From the human T2T-CHM13v2.0 reference genome, Homo sapiens, in assembly GCF_009914755.1 (NCBI RefSeq), contig NC_060944.1: a stretch of DNA of 64,000 nt; one strand, written 5' to 3'. A program made the translations under genes and the position numbers. Every line of letters starts with the position of its first letter. Positions within the stretch are counted from its first letter, which is position 1. Below are positions 29,720 to 42,284 of this stretch, piece by piece. The notes beneath the pieces are model-generated. The model worked only from the letters and a program-made list of their open reading frames with translations, did no database searches and had not been told where the DNA came from.

Positions 29720-29996
29720 TCCTCCTCCCCTTTGTGAAGCTGGGTGAGGGTGGGAGGATTAGCAAGAAGGGAGGGGCCTAATTTATGGCGAGAGTGAGAA
29801 CTCTTTTCAAGCCTGTGGGCAGAAAGCACCGCTGCACCTCCCTCCCGGCTGGAACCTGCTCTCTGTGATCTGGGACTCCTCCGGGTCTCTGTTTGCCTAA
29901 TTGCAACTTGTGCTTATGCCCTCCAGTTCTCACTGGCCCCTTTGATGCTTTTCAGCAAGTCCTCTGAAAGCAGCAGGACAAAATGGGAAGGTAAGC
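29720..29996 (+). promoter_or_regulatory. Candidate promoter / alternative first exon
   Basis: GGGTGGGAGG and GGGAGGGGC boxes, a locally GC-richer segment without recognisable repeats, then aaaATGGGAAG|gtaagc (ATG 29983, donor 29991). Confidence 0.35.
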
Positions 29997-30379
29997 AATC
30001 CTTTCACATAAAAGAGGGCAGCAAAACCCAGGTGGAGGTCCCTGCTGAGATGCTCCCTTCCAAGGCTGTGACCACACAGCCTAAGCAAACACTGTGACTA
30101 GTGCCAGCAAATGAAATTTACAGCCCTCTTAACCTGCAAGCCACAGCCAGCATCTCACTCCACTCTCCAAAATAAATTCAACGTGGCTATTTTAGAAAAC
30201 ATACTTATCCCAGGTTTTCCTTTTGGGCATCTAAGGACTGAATTAGATGGTCTCCATCTCTAACTACATCCCCATTCTGGAGACTTTAAAAAAAAAAAAT
30301 TGCTTTGTTTATTTATGTGTTCATCTCATGTTTATCAGTTCAGCAGTTCACAGTTTTTATTCTGTTATATAACAAAGGA

Positions 30380-30958
30380 GCCTAACAAAGGATCACAATA
30401 GGAAAAATAATTTACCCCGCATGGTTACAATGAAGAGAATTTAATTAAAGGAATTGTTACAAAGTGTGGGCAGCATTGAGGGAACTGACACAAGATGTTG
30501 AGCCACTCAAAGACTAGCAACTGGTGGAAGCCGTTACTACCCACTTAGGCCTACCTAAATGGGCAATGGGAAGATAATGTTAATGGAGCCCAGTGAGCTC
30601 TAGAGCCTCGGAGGAAGGGCATCCTGCAGAGATGTTGTTCTCAGTCTTGTCTACTCATTGGAATATCAGGGAAACATACTAACAGCTGGGTTCCACGTCC
30701 TAGAGATTTTGACGTAATGACTTTTTTTTGTGGTCATCAAGACACAGTCATAGAAAGACACAGTCACTGACTAAGAGACAGTGGCAAAGCTAGGAACAAA
30801 CAGGAAAGAAATACCCTGACCTTCCTCTCCTACTCTCTGATATCCTGCTGATGCCTCCAATTAGAAGCCAGACTATGAGGGAGCTGGGGGAATGCACTCT
30901 GCATGGATCAACCTCCTGTAGTCTATGTAGTGGGGAAAATGGGTGAATAACCAGCACA
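30380..30958 (-). mobile_element. ERVL LTR33-like solo LTR with a MER5-like insert (~30630-30735)
   Basis: GACTAGCAAC..GGAAGCCGTTACTACCC..TAGGCCT; CCTGACCTTCCTCTCCT..CTCCAATTAGAAGCCAG; ends CCAGCACA. Confidence 0.65.
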
Positions 30959-31293
30959 GAGCTCACAATAAACCCCACAAACAGCCTCTGTCCCTCCCAC
31001 ACACAACCCCAGGAATTAGAAGGAAGGGCAGACTGGCACTTTCTCATTAAGGTAACTCACTCATGCCGTCTTGGCATTGAGCTGGGCACTTTTAGGTGGA
31101 ATGACCTCCCGAAGGGCTAACCCCATCTGGCACCTCTTGACAACGTTCCTTCTTAATATCAGTGGCTCTCCTGCTGCTGGCCAAGCAGGACCCCAAGGTC
31201 CACTGGGATGTACATACTTATGGTATTATGCTCTGCAATACTTGTGGGGGCTGTGGAATGCACACTTCCAAAGTGAAATAGGACATTGGAGGT

Positions 31294-32447
31294 TTTATAT
31301 ATAAATATATATATATATATATTTATATATATATTTATATATATATATTTATATATATTTATATATATTTATATATATATTTATATATATATTTATATAT
31401 ATTTATATATATTTATATATATTTTTATATATTTTTATATATTTTTATATATATAAATATATAAAAATATATATAAATATATATAAATATATAAATATAT
31501 ATAAATATATATTTATACATAAATATATAAATATATATAAATATATATTTATACATAAATATATAAATATATATAAATATATATTTATACATAAATATAT
31601 AAATATATATAATATATATAAATATATATTATACATAAATATATAAATATATATTATACATAAATATATAAATATATATAAATATATATAAATATATATT
31701 TATACATAAATATATAAATATATATATAAATATATATAAATATATATTTATATATTAATATATATAAATATATATTTATATATTAATATATATAAATATA
31801 TTACTATGTATATTTATATATATTTATATAAATATATATAAATATATGTAAATATATATATAAAAATATATATTAATATATAAAAATATATATATAAATA
31901 TATATAAATATATATATAAATATATATAAATAAATATATATAAATATATATAAATATATATATAAATATATATAAATATATATAAATATATATATAAATA
32001 TATATAAATATATATATAAATATATATATAAATATATATATAAATATATATAAATATATATATAAATATATATAAATATATATATAAATATATATATAAA
32101 TATATATAAATATATATATAAATATATATATAAATATATATAAATATATATATAAATATATATATAAATATATATATAAATATATATAAATATATATATA
32201 AATATATATATAAATATATATAAATATATATATAAATATATATATAAATATATATATAAATATATATAAATATATATAAATATATATATAAATATAAATA
32301 TATATAAATATATAAAAATATATATAAATATAAATATATATGTATAAATATATATATAAATATAAATATATATAAATATATATATATAAATATATATATA
32401 AATATATATAAATATATATATAAATATATATAAATATATATATATAT
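31294..32447. repeat. 1.15-kb (TA)n-derived AT array
   Basis: Almost exclusively A/T; ATTTATATAT units followed by ATAAATATAT units. Confidence 0.98.
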
Positions 32448-33411
32448 TTTTTTTTTTAATAGAGAGGATGAAGACCAAAGCAGTGAGTTCCACCTAAGCT
32501 GGCCCTTGCCTTTTGTCTAACAGGAAACCCAGTCCTTCCTAATGGGCACAGAATTTTCAGAGAAGAGAGCAGAAGTTGAGTTGGCATACCTACTGTAGTG
32601 AGGGATTTTGAACAATGAGCTGTACATTCCTATATGGGAGCCAAACTTTTAGTTAAATAGTAATACAAAAATGCTGATGTGGATGCCACGGCTTCCTCCT
32701 TTCACACAGAAGATGGGCAGTGACTACACATTTAGGTTCACCTTGCATGAAGCCACGCTATAGTTTCTAATAAGGTATTATTAGTATTCACTAGCCATTC
32801 TCCAAGGGTTGGCTTCAAATGAGATCAGTAAAGCAGAAGCAAATCACCCACGGGTTCTTTCACAGTTTCTTTCACCCTAAGCCTCTCATTTCACTAGACA
32901 ACTGTAGGAAGAAAAACGAGATCCCTGAAGGGCAGCAACTTTTCATAAACTGCACTTGCAGTTTTGCCAATGCACATATCTGTGGGCTCATTGCACAGGC
33001 AGCGCTTATATCTATGGGCACATTTCACATTGTAGATTTCTTGTCCTTTCTGATTTTCTCCCCGATCACACTGATACAGGCCACTTCCAGTGCCTCTGTA
33101 AAGCTCCAAGGGGTAAAGGAGGGCAGGGGTGAGGAGTAAAGGAACGATTCTTACAGGTGTTGTGAACACGACTATTTTATATCAAATGCTTCTAATTGAA
33201 TAGTTTAACTTAAAAACATGTATCACAAATACAGTTTGACCAACTGTAACAATATCAAAGCATATTGAACAGGAAGTGAAAGTCTTTGGGTGTGGATAGA
33301 GATTTCCAGAAAAATATAGTTACATAAATGTGAGTTTCCAAATTGTAAAGAAGAAAAAAGACATATCTGGCTTAATATATATAACATTAATATCATGCAT
33401 AGAGATTCTAT

Positions 33412-33620
33412 TAATAACATTTGTCAGCCACTATTGCTAAGAGCTTTACATCCATTTTATCCTCACATCAATACTATTAAAGAGGAACTATTATTATCTT
33501 CATACGATAGATGAAAAAACAAAGGCTGTAAGAGTTTAAGAAACTTGTCCAAAATCATGTAGCTAGAAAGCGGCCAAGCCAGGATTCAGACCTTGGTTAA
33601 CCCACTTACAAACTCTAAAC
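33412..33620 (-). mobile_element. MIR
   Basis: TGCTAAGAGCTTTACAT..TTATCCTCAC..TATTATTATC..AGATGAAAAAAC..AACTTGTCCAAAATCA..CCAGGATTCAGACC. Confidence 0.8.
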
Positions 33621-34758
33621 TCACTTCTCCATTGTTAAACTTGACTAGTGCATTGGCTTACAATGAAGTTTGCCATATTCTTCCCTCAAATCTGTATTTT
33701 TAATAAGTTGCTAGGTGATTTTTATGGTCAGGAGAAGTGGGGCCATACTACATGATGTAGGCTATTTCCTGAGTATAGATAATTTCTTTCTTTTCCCTTA
33801 GGTGTCCATTTTCTAAAATGTGGATGAGAACACTCTCTATGTGTCCTGCAAAATTTAAAAAGTTTCCATTTTAAAATATGTTTTATAAATACTAAATAAC
33901 ATGTCCTTTTCTTGCTGCCTAAGACATGATTATTGGTATGAAAATGCTATGAGAAGTCCTATAGTAAAGACATTTTTGTCCAGAGAATCTGACTTTTGTC
34001 TTTCTCCAGAGAAAGCAACCTGACTTTTGTCTTTTACCAAATAATATCTGTTTGTGTATCCTTCAGTTGTGCCCTTTGGAGAGGGCTATTTCTCCATGTA
34101 ACTTCATGCAGTTACAAGTCCTATGATAGCTTTATATGGATTTATAAATCAGTAAATTTTTTTATACTGTAAAACTTTAATTTTAAGATTTCAATGTTTT
34201 TATTCATTTTGAACATATAGGGTAATAATATCTTCTGAAGCCAGGCAAATCTACTATTAAATTTTGCTTTCTATAAAAACATAGTTGTTAGATAACTAAT
34301 ACTGTGCGAACAAATTTCTTTTCCCTATAGAGAAATAGTGAGTGTTGAACCGACGGACCTTGTCTTTAGAATAAAAAGACTTATAAACACTTGTAGGCCA
34401 GCTCCATGAGAATATGCCAGCTGGAGGAATTTTAGTGCTTCTAAAGATAACTGAGAAAGCAGTGGCTCTGAAGGTTACCTTTTTCTGCTAATGGATGTTT
34501 AGATCTAAAATCCCAGTTTGCTTTAAAAAAAACAGTAGTATGTTAAGAAGGTTTCTAGACCTGTGCTATCAGTGTCAATGTAAGTCTTATAAGTTCCCTA
34601 TGAGAATGTTAAATCACAAGGGCTTAGGGTATATAGGAGTTAAGTGATGCTTTCAGTTGATGTTGAATTTCATGGTGACTCCAGAGTCACATAATATAGG
34701 AGCTTCCAAGCTTGACAAATTGCTCATATATACGTAGGCAGAAGTGGCTGATCACTAC

Positions 34759-35227
34759 AGTGCTGGTCCTGGGCCTGTTTGGTTTGTGTCCATTCTTGTC
34801 TTTCCCCTACTATGCTGTATCACAGGGGAACATACCTCCCACAGGCTGCATTTCCCAGCCTCCCATGTCTGACTGCTAACAGTTGGGTCAATGGTAGGCA
34901 TTGTCAGGAGATTAGAGGGCAGAAGAAAGGAGAAGCCAGGGAATTTCTGCCTTGGCAACGTCTCTGCCTCCATGATGCTGTCTCCTGCCAGAGAAGCCTA
35001 CCAAGGTTCCAGCTTACTCCATGTAACCCTGGTCCCTGTGCTCTGGTGATGCTACCTCTTCTGTGTGCCCTTTGTGGTTTCCTGCCTTTGGTAATCCCTA
35101 CGTTGACTCACTGCTACTTATTTGGCTTTTTTTTTTCTCTCCTATTACCTATAAACCAACACCCTGTGTTAAATTCCCTTAAGTTACTCATTGGTTTGTG
35201 TTCTCCTGGTTGAACCCTGATTAATGA
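34759..35227 (+). mobile_element. ERVL LTR33-like solo LTR
   Basis: GGCTGCATTTCCCAG, CAATGGTAGGCA..CAGGAGATTAGAGGGC, TTAAATTCCCTT; ends CCTGGTTGAACCCTGATTAATGA. Confidence 0.65.
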
Positions 35228-37904
35228 AATTTCCATTTAAATACCAAACGTTTCCTGGAGTTCGTTATTCTAGTGGAATAACAAACAACCAGCTCCATGA
35301 ATTGATGGCTTTTCAGAATTTATTGTCTCCACAATATTTGTTTCAAATCCTCTTTTAATAATCACTATTTTAAAACTTAATTACTACTACTATTGATAAT
35401 AATAAATGTACCCTTAAATGTATTATATACCAGATTTGGATTTGCATCTGTGTGTCATATGCTCTTAGTTCAACTCTTTCTTTATTGCTCACCTGAAATA
35501 AAGCTTCTTTTGCCAGTTCTATTTAATTAAAGATTATCCTGTGATGAGAATGCAAGCCTAGGTTCTGCCTTGATTTATATGGCACTGCTTTTTCTTCAAA
35601 CACTAAGTGATTTGTAGCAAGTTCTCAAAAAGATGTGCTTGCAACTTTCATTTTCTAAGGAACTGGAAGGCAGCCATAATTTTCTCTTTGAAAGTTCCAC
35701 CTCTGTTAGAGTATGTATAGAGGTCAAGTTCCAAAAATAGCTTCATAATGTCTGACTCCCCTTTAATGCAGTTTGATTAATCTTTGTGTAGGATTCCTGG
35801 CAAATGATAGGCACAAAATGACTATATATGAAATGAATAAATGAATGAACAAATAAGTGAATATAGCAACTGTCTCTCCATAGTTATGCATACAATTAGC
35901 TATTTTTTGACTCAAAATTAACCAGGAAAAACTTAAGTTATCCTTCCACAAGGTGAACTTAACTGGATGTGTCTTGGTTTGAAATACCAGCAACCAGCTG
36001 CATACTGTAGGAGCTATCAGAGCAAAACTCAGGTGTTGACACTAAAGATTAATGAACCACCTTTAGTTAATTGATCACATCCAAAGTGCACTCCCTTCAG
36101 CCTTTTGTCTGTCAGTTGGCAGAGGGTCCAGCAGGTAGACACACTCCATTGCTCACTGAAATTAAAATTTAGGTAATTTAACCTTCTCAATGCTATAGAT
36201 GATGATTTTTTTAAGTTGCAATGGAAACAACAGAGCAATTTCTGGGTGAGTAGGTCTTCTTGGTGATTCATAATTTAGTAGATGACATGTTCAAATTTAT
36301 TAAGTTGGCCTGAGCATAAAATTGTCCAGGAGAACAACAGTTAATCTACAATGCTGCAGAGGTATCTTTCAGGAACAATACAATCCCCACTACTATTACA
36401 TATTGGGCTTTTTAATTTTAGGCTTGCAGGTAAAGAGTGAGCTTTTCAGTGTTTGCTTTTCAATGATATACACGTGCAGGAGTAACAATTCTAGTTTTTG
36501 AATGTGGGTAGGAAGGCATGCCTGAGTGTTTATCCGGGGAGTAAGCAATTTTGTACATAGAATGTAAGTTGGATAAATATGCATTTGCTTTAGGTTAAGG
36601 TGTTAATGCAACCTTGTCAAGAAGAATAAATCTGAAAAGTGGTTAAATCAAAGCTATTTGATTTTAAAGAATAAAAGTACCATCTTTCAAACGATATTAT
36701 CTTTGTCTAACAGTAATTTTCCCCCCTGCCTGTAATTTCAGAGCTCTGTGATGTGGAAGCTGTCAATGTTACGTAACTGAGAGCAATCTGACTTCTGTCA
36801 TTGTGTGCATTGCTCAAGGATCGTGTTTAGGTGGCCCTACTTGATGCTTTTCTAAAAAGCCCCATTCTACTTCTAAGTAAATACTGAGTTCCTGGAGAAA
36901 CCTGATGAAAGAAGGCATAATTTTGATAGCTGCTTTGTAAATAGTAGGAATAAGTATGTGGCATTATTTTCTTTGAGGGAGAAGAAACTTTTTATTTGGG
37001 TGCGATTCATATGAGAACATACTTACTGTAGATTTTGAACCTTGATACTGGCAGTGTGGATTGGCCTGTAAATTGATGCTTTTGTTTCTGGCTGAGGAAC
37101 TGCAAATATGCCAGGTGACATTCTCTTTGAAGTGTAAATGTTGTTTCAGTTGAATTTTTTTTCTAGTACACTTGGAAAGTGAGTTTCATGCCTATGAAAG
37201 AGTCTGGATTCTAATAAACATTATTCCTAGACACAGGAAAGTTGCTATAAGCGATGGGATTTTGAATTCTACATGGATTCCTATTTAACAGGTGACTTCA
37301 CACCTTAACCTTGACCAGCCTTCTATCTACATCTGCCATGTTGATTTCTTTTGTATATTCATTTCTTGTTACTTCCAGCGGTAATTACATTTCTAGGATA
37401 TATTGGTGTATTTTGGTTGTCTCCAAGTCCCCTTGGATTCTGAGGCCACCATTGTCCTTTCTAGACAAATGGAATGGCTTAAGCCTCCACACAGTGCACT
37501 TTGGGAGGTCCTGGATTGTACTTGACATTTCCAAGGTGTCTAAAAAGTCTGATATTGTGGTGTCACCTCTTTCTCCAAATTCCTGCTCCCAGTTTCATCT
37601 TTAATGACCGATGGTCACTTTCTGCCCTATCTTGCACCATCTGCCTTTAAGACACCCCTAAGGCTTATACCTCAATCACAACTGATTTTTCCTCAAAGTT
37701 CAGTGAAGGAGAGGGCAATAGAGTGAAGAATTTGTTGCTGTCATCTAAATATAAAACAGGAAACACATTATATTTTAATATAAAAGCATTATTCCTAGAA
37801 ACATATTAGCCATTCTCTGCCAAAAGGACATTATCACTGACCTTATACTTTATTAGGCCCCCAAACCCAACCATCTTGAGAGGGTTCCATCTCTCTCCCA
37901 TATC

Positions 37905-38198
37905 TTTTTCTTTTTTCTTTCTTTTTTTTTTTTTTTAAGAGACAAGATCTCTCTTTATTGCCCAGGCTGGAATACAGTGGTGCAATCATGGTTCACTGCA
38001 GCCTTGAACTCCTTGGTTCAAGGGATCCTCCTGCCTCAGCCTTTTGAGTAGCTGGGACTGCAGGTGTGTGCCACCACACCTGGCTAATGTTTCTTATTTT
38101 TTGTGGAGACAGAATCTCAAACTCTGGAGCTCAAATGATTCTCTCACCTTGGCCTCCCAAAGTGCTGGGATTACAGACATGAGCCACCATGCCTGGCC
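37905..38198 (-). mobile_element. AluJ with a small internal deletion
   Basis: CTGCAGCCTTGAACTCC and GATCCTCCTGCC AluJ features; jumps from GAGACAGAA to TCTCAAACTC; TSD tcccat(a/g)tct. Confidence 0.93.
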
Positions 38199-38669
38199 TC
38201 CCATGTCTCCTGTTCCAGATTCTAGTTCCATACTATTGGCCACTACAATAACAAAATCCTTGTTATTTTATTAAGCAGATGACTTGAGCTTTCAAATTCT
38301 ATTCCAGCCTAGAGTCTAGGGCCCAACTTTGCATACTGGACTAGAATCATTAAGGTGTTTTCCCTTTTCCCAAATGCAAATGTCTTTACTTTCACAAATG
38401 GATCCTCAGTACCATCAGAAAATTTGAAATTGCTGTGTTTTCCTTTCAACATATTACAGATCACATTCTGATAGTTCCTCCTCAACTCAATAAAGTAAAC
38501 ATCATGGTTACAGGCAGTGGGTGGGTGGTATTGGTATGTCGAAAGTGGGTGCAGAATGAGACTGTATGTATTGCCATATTGAACTGGAGAAGCAAAATAT
38601 GTTAAAGCACCTGGATATCTTTCTTTGCATATCTCTCCTGTGGTTCTTGGTCAAGGACTATCATTGATA

Positions 38670-38864
38670 CAGGACCAGCTATGTAAGCTGGAGGGCACAG
38701 TGCAAAATTAAAATGTGGGGCCCTTGTTCACAAATTATCAGGAACTCCAAAAGATCACAACAGAGCACTAAAAGGTCACAACAGAGCACCAAACCTTGAG
38801 TGGCCGTTTCTAAGCACAGGTCCTGTGCAATAGCACAGGTCACATACCCGTGAAGCCAGTCCTG
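38670..38864 (-). mobile_element. MER45A (hAT-Tip100 MITE)
   Basis: CAGGACCAGCT...AGCCAGTCCTG termini; CAGTGCAAAATTAAAATGTGGGGCCCTTGTTCA; degenerate 8-bp TSD cattgata / tgttgatg. Confidence 0.85.
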
Positions 38865-39686
38865 TGTTGATGGTTGTTGTTGAGTGAGATTTTAATACAT
38901 GTATATTTATTGTCTGAGATGCATTTGACTGCCACCTTTGGAGAAAATATGTGCTAGAGTAGAAAAAATAATTTGAATGGCAGTAACCAAAGATTGGTTG
39001 CCTTGAGAAGAACATTCTTTTGTATCCGTTAGAGTTTCATCAGAGAAACAGAAACTTCTCTAGAGTTTAAGTTGGAAGGGGTTTTATATATCAATGAAGT
39101 ATTTCTAAAACTGTTGGAAGTGTTAGAGGATCAAAGCTCAAGGAAAGCCGTCATTAGCTTTCAGAGACCCTGGAAAGTGTAGGAAACTCACAAAATCATT
39201 AGTGATGTCCAGGCTTCCTGCAGTGCTGTGAAAGGTGATTTTCACCAAAGCCGTGGCGCTGCCTATTCCTGCACAGGAGCAATGGGTTGCTGTCAACCTC
39301 TCTCCCTCTTTCTTTATCTTGCATAAATCTTCTTGTTGATGAAATTTAAAATGGTAAATAAGCATTTAAGGGGATCTGACTGCTACAGCTAGATGGGAAA
39401 GCCAAACCCCTTTTCTCAACAAGGAATAATTTGAAGAAATTGGATTCTTCATTGTTGGTAAAGTAGTATCTGCCATTTGCATAAATATCTAAATTGTAGA
39501 GAGCAGCCATTATTAGTTAAAGTAAATGCTACATGCTATAATAGATAAACACTAAAATCTCAATAGCTTAATACAATGAGATTTTATGTCTCGTTCACCT
39601 CAAATTTAAAGAGCAGCTGGGAAGACGGCAGTAACTGCACCATACAACCATTCAGGAACCAGGGCTCATGGAGGCTCTGCTATTTT

Positions 39687-40776
39687 TTAAGCTTTTATTT
39701 TAGTTCAGGGGTACATGTGCAAGTTTGTCATATAGGTAGACTTGTATCATGGGAGTTTGCTGTACAGATTATTTTGTCACCCAGGTATTAAGCCTAGTGC
39801 CCATTGGTGATGTTTCCTGATCTCTTTCTCTTCTCACACTCTACCCTCCGATATGCCACAGTGTGTGTTGTTTCTCTCTTTGTGTCCATGTATTCTCATC
39901 ATTTAGCTCCCACTTATAAGTGAGAATATGTGGTATTTATTTTCTGTTCCTGTGTTAGTTTGCTAAGGATAATGGCCTCCAGCTCCATCCATGTCTCTGC
40001 AAAGAAAATGGTCTCATTTCTTTATGGCTGCATAGTATTCCATGGTGTATATATGACACATTATCCAGTCTATCATTGATGGGTATCTAGGTTGATTCTG
40101 TATCTTTGCTATCATGAATAGTGCTACAATGAACATATGCATGCATGTGTCTTTATGATAGAATGATTTGTATTCCTTTGGGTATATAACCAGTAATAGC
40201 ACTGCTGAGTCAAAGGGAATTTCTGTCTTTAAGTCTTCGAGGAATCCCCACTCTGTCTTCCACAGTGGTTGAACTAATTTACACTTCCACTAACAGTGTA
40301 CAAGTCTTCCTTTTTCTCCTCAACCTCACCAGGACCTATTATTTTTTTTTTGACTTTTTAATAATGTCCATCCTGACTGGCATGAGATGTATCTTATTGT
40401 GGTTTTAATTTGCATTTCCATAATGATCAGTGATGTTGAGGTTTTTTTCATATGATTGCTGGCCATGTGTATGCTTTCTTTTGAAAAGTGTCTGTTCATG
40501 TCCTTGCCCACTTTTTAATGGGGTTGTTTCGTTTATTTCTTGTAAATGTATTTAAGTTCCTTATAGATGCTGGATATTAGACCTTTGTGAGATGCATAGT
40601 TAGCAAAAATGTCCTCCCATACTGTAGGTTGTCTGTTCACTTTGTTGATAGATTCCTTTGCTGTGCAGAAGCTCTTTAGTTTAATTAGATCACATTTGTC
40701 AATTTTTGCTTTTGTTGCAATTGCTTTTAGTGTCTTCATCATGAAATCTTTGCCCATTCCTATGTCCTGAATGGTA
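39687..40776 (-). mobile_element. L1PA13-15-like 3' part (ORF2 C-terminus and 3'UTR)
   Basis: L1 3'UTR GGGGTACATGTGCAAGTTTG; minus-strand ORFs give [29 protein letters not shown] and HIYTMEYYAAIKK. Confidence 0.95.
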
Positions 40777-41927
40777 CTGGTATACTTGAAAGAGATAGGG
40801 GGAATGGAACCAACTTGGAAAACATATTTCAATAGATCAACCATGAGAATTTCCCCAACCTAGCTAGGAAGGCCAACAAATTCAGGAAATGTAGAGAACC
40901 CCAGTAAGATACTTCACAAGAACATCATCTCCAAAACACATAATCATCAGCTTCTCCAAGGCAGAAATGAAAGAAAAAAATGTTAAAGGCAGCTAAAGAG
41001 AAAGGTTAGGTCACCTATAAAGGGAAGCCCATTAGACTAACAGTGGACCGCTCGGCTGAAACTCAGCATACAAGCCAGAAGAGATTGAGGGCCAATATTT
41101 AACGTTCTTAAATAAAAGAAATTCCAACCCAGGATTTCATATATGGCCAAACTCAACTTCATAATTGAAGGAGAAATAAGATCCTTTTCAGACAAGTAAA
41201 TGCTAAGGGAATTCAGTGTCACCAGACCTACCTTACAGGAGCTCCTGAAGGAAGCACTAAATATGGAAAGGAAAGACTATTATTAGCCATTACAAAAACA
41301 CACTGAAGTACACAGGCCAGTGACATAATAAAATGACCACATAAACAAGTCTGAAAAATAACCAGCTAACAACATAATGACAGGATCAAATATATACATG
41401 TGAATACTAACCTTGAATATAAATGGGCTAAATACCCCAAATGAAAAGCCACAGAGTGTCAATCTGGATAAAGAAAGAAGATCATAGATATGCTATCTTC
41501 AAGAGACCCATCTCACATGCAGTGACACAAACGGGTTCAAAATAAAAGGATGGAGAAAAATCTACCAAGCAAATGGAAAACAGAAAAAAGCTGGAGTTAT
41601 AATCCCAGTTTCTGACAAAATGGACTTTAAACCAACAAAGATTAAAAAAGACCAAGAAGGGCATTACATAATGGTAAAGGGTTCAATTCAGGAAGAATAT
41701 CTAACTATGCTAAATATATATGCACCCGACACAGTAGCACCCAGATTCATAAAGCAAGTTCTTAGAGACCACAGAGATACTTACAGTCCCACGCAGTAAT
41801 ATTGTGAGACTTTAGCACTCCACTGACAATATTCGACAGATCACTGAGACAAAATTAACAAAGATATTCAGATCTGAACTCATTACTGGATCAAATGAAC
41901 CTGATAGACATCTACAGAACTCTCCAC
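40777..41927 (+). mobile_element. Inverted segment of the same L1 (ORF1 3' half and ORF2 endonuclease start)
   Basis: ORF1-like GGTCACCTATAAAGGGAAGCCCATTAGACTAACAG; ORF2 start ATGACAGGATCAAAT at 41377 with an early stop; ends at ATAGACATCTACAGAACTCTCCAC. Confidence 0.93.
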
Positions 41928-42284
41928 TCTGCCATTTTCAACTCATGGTTTCTGCAGTTGTTGTGAGCATTGACACTAGTTGGCAGAAAGGGAAAGAGGG
42001 AGAGTGGAGGATTTTATGGCAAATTTTTATGGGCTAAACCTCAGAGTGGCACTTGTCACTTTTTCCCACATTGCTATTGCCAAGTTCTGGTCATATGACC
42101 CCTTCTAATTGCAGAGGAGGCTAGGAAAATTAGCTATGTGCTCAGGAGGGAAAAAAAGGGTAAACAGCTAGACAGTTTCTCTCACATGATGTCTGACAGG
42201 GATCCAGGTTGCCCTTCTACCATTTCAGTAATCAGAGAGTCATCATTCACGAGGGGAAAATGGCTAGTGGTATGAATAGCTTTT

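Larger units (their letters stand above)
39510..42186 (-). mobile_element. MLT1-type MaLR LTR (39510-39686 + 41928-42186) split by an L1
   Basis: AAAATCTCAATAGCTTAATACAA..CATTCAGGAACCAGGGCTCATGGAGGCTCTGC resumes after the L1 with CACATTGCTATTGCC..AATTGCAGAGGAGGCTAGGAAA..CTCACA. Confidence 0.75.

Noticed and set aside
31873-32493. 206-aa ORF (longest in the window) and the 63-aa ORF at 31445-31636
   Set aside because: I/Y/F/L-only translations of the AT array; reading-frame artefacts.
34779-35213. 144-aa ORF
   Set aside because: Lies entirely inside an LTR33-like element and has no recognisable domain.
30380-35227. Two LTR33-like LTRs as the ends of one provirus
   Set aside because: They are in opposite orientation and there is no gag/pol sequence between them.
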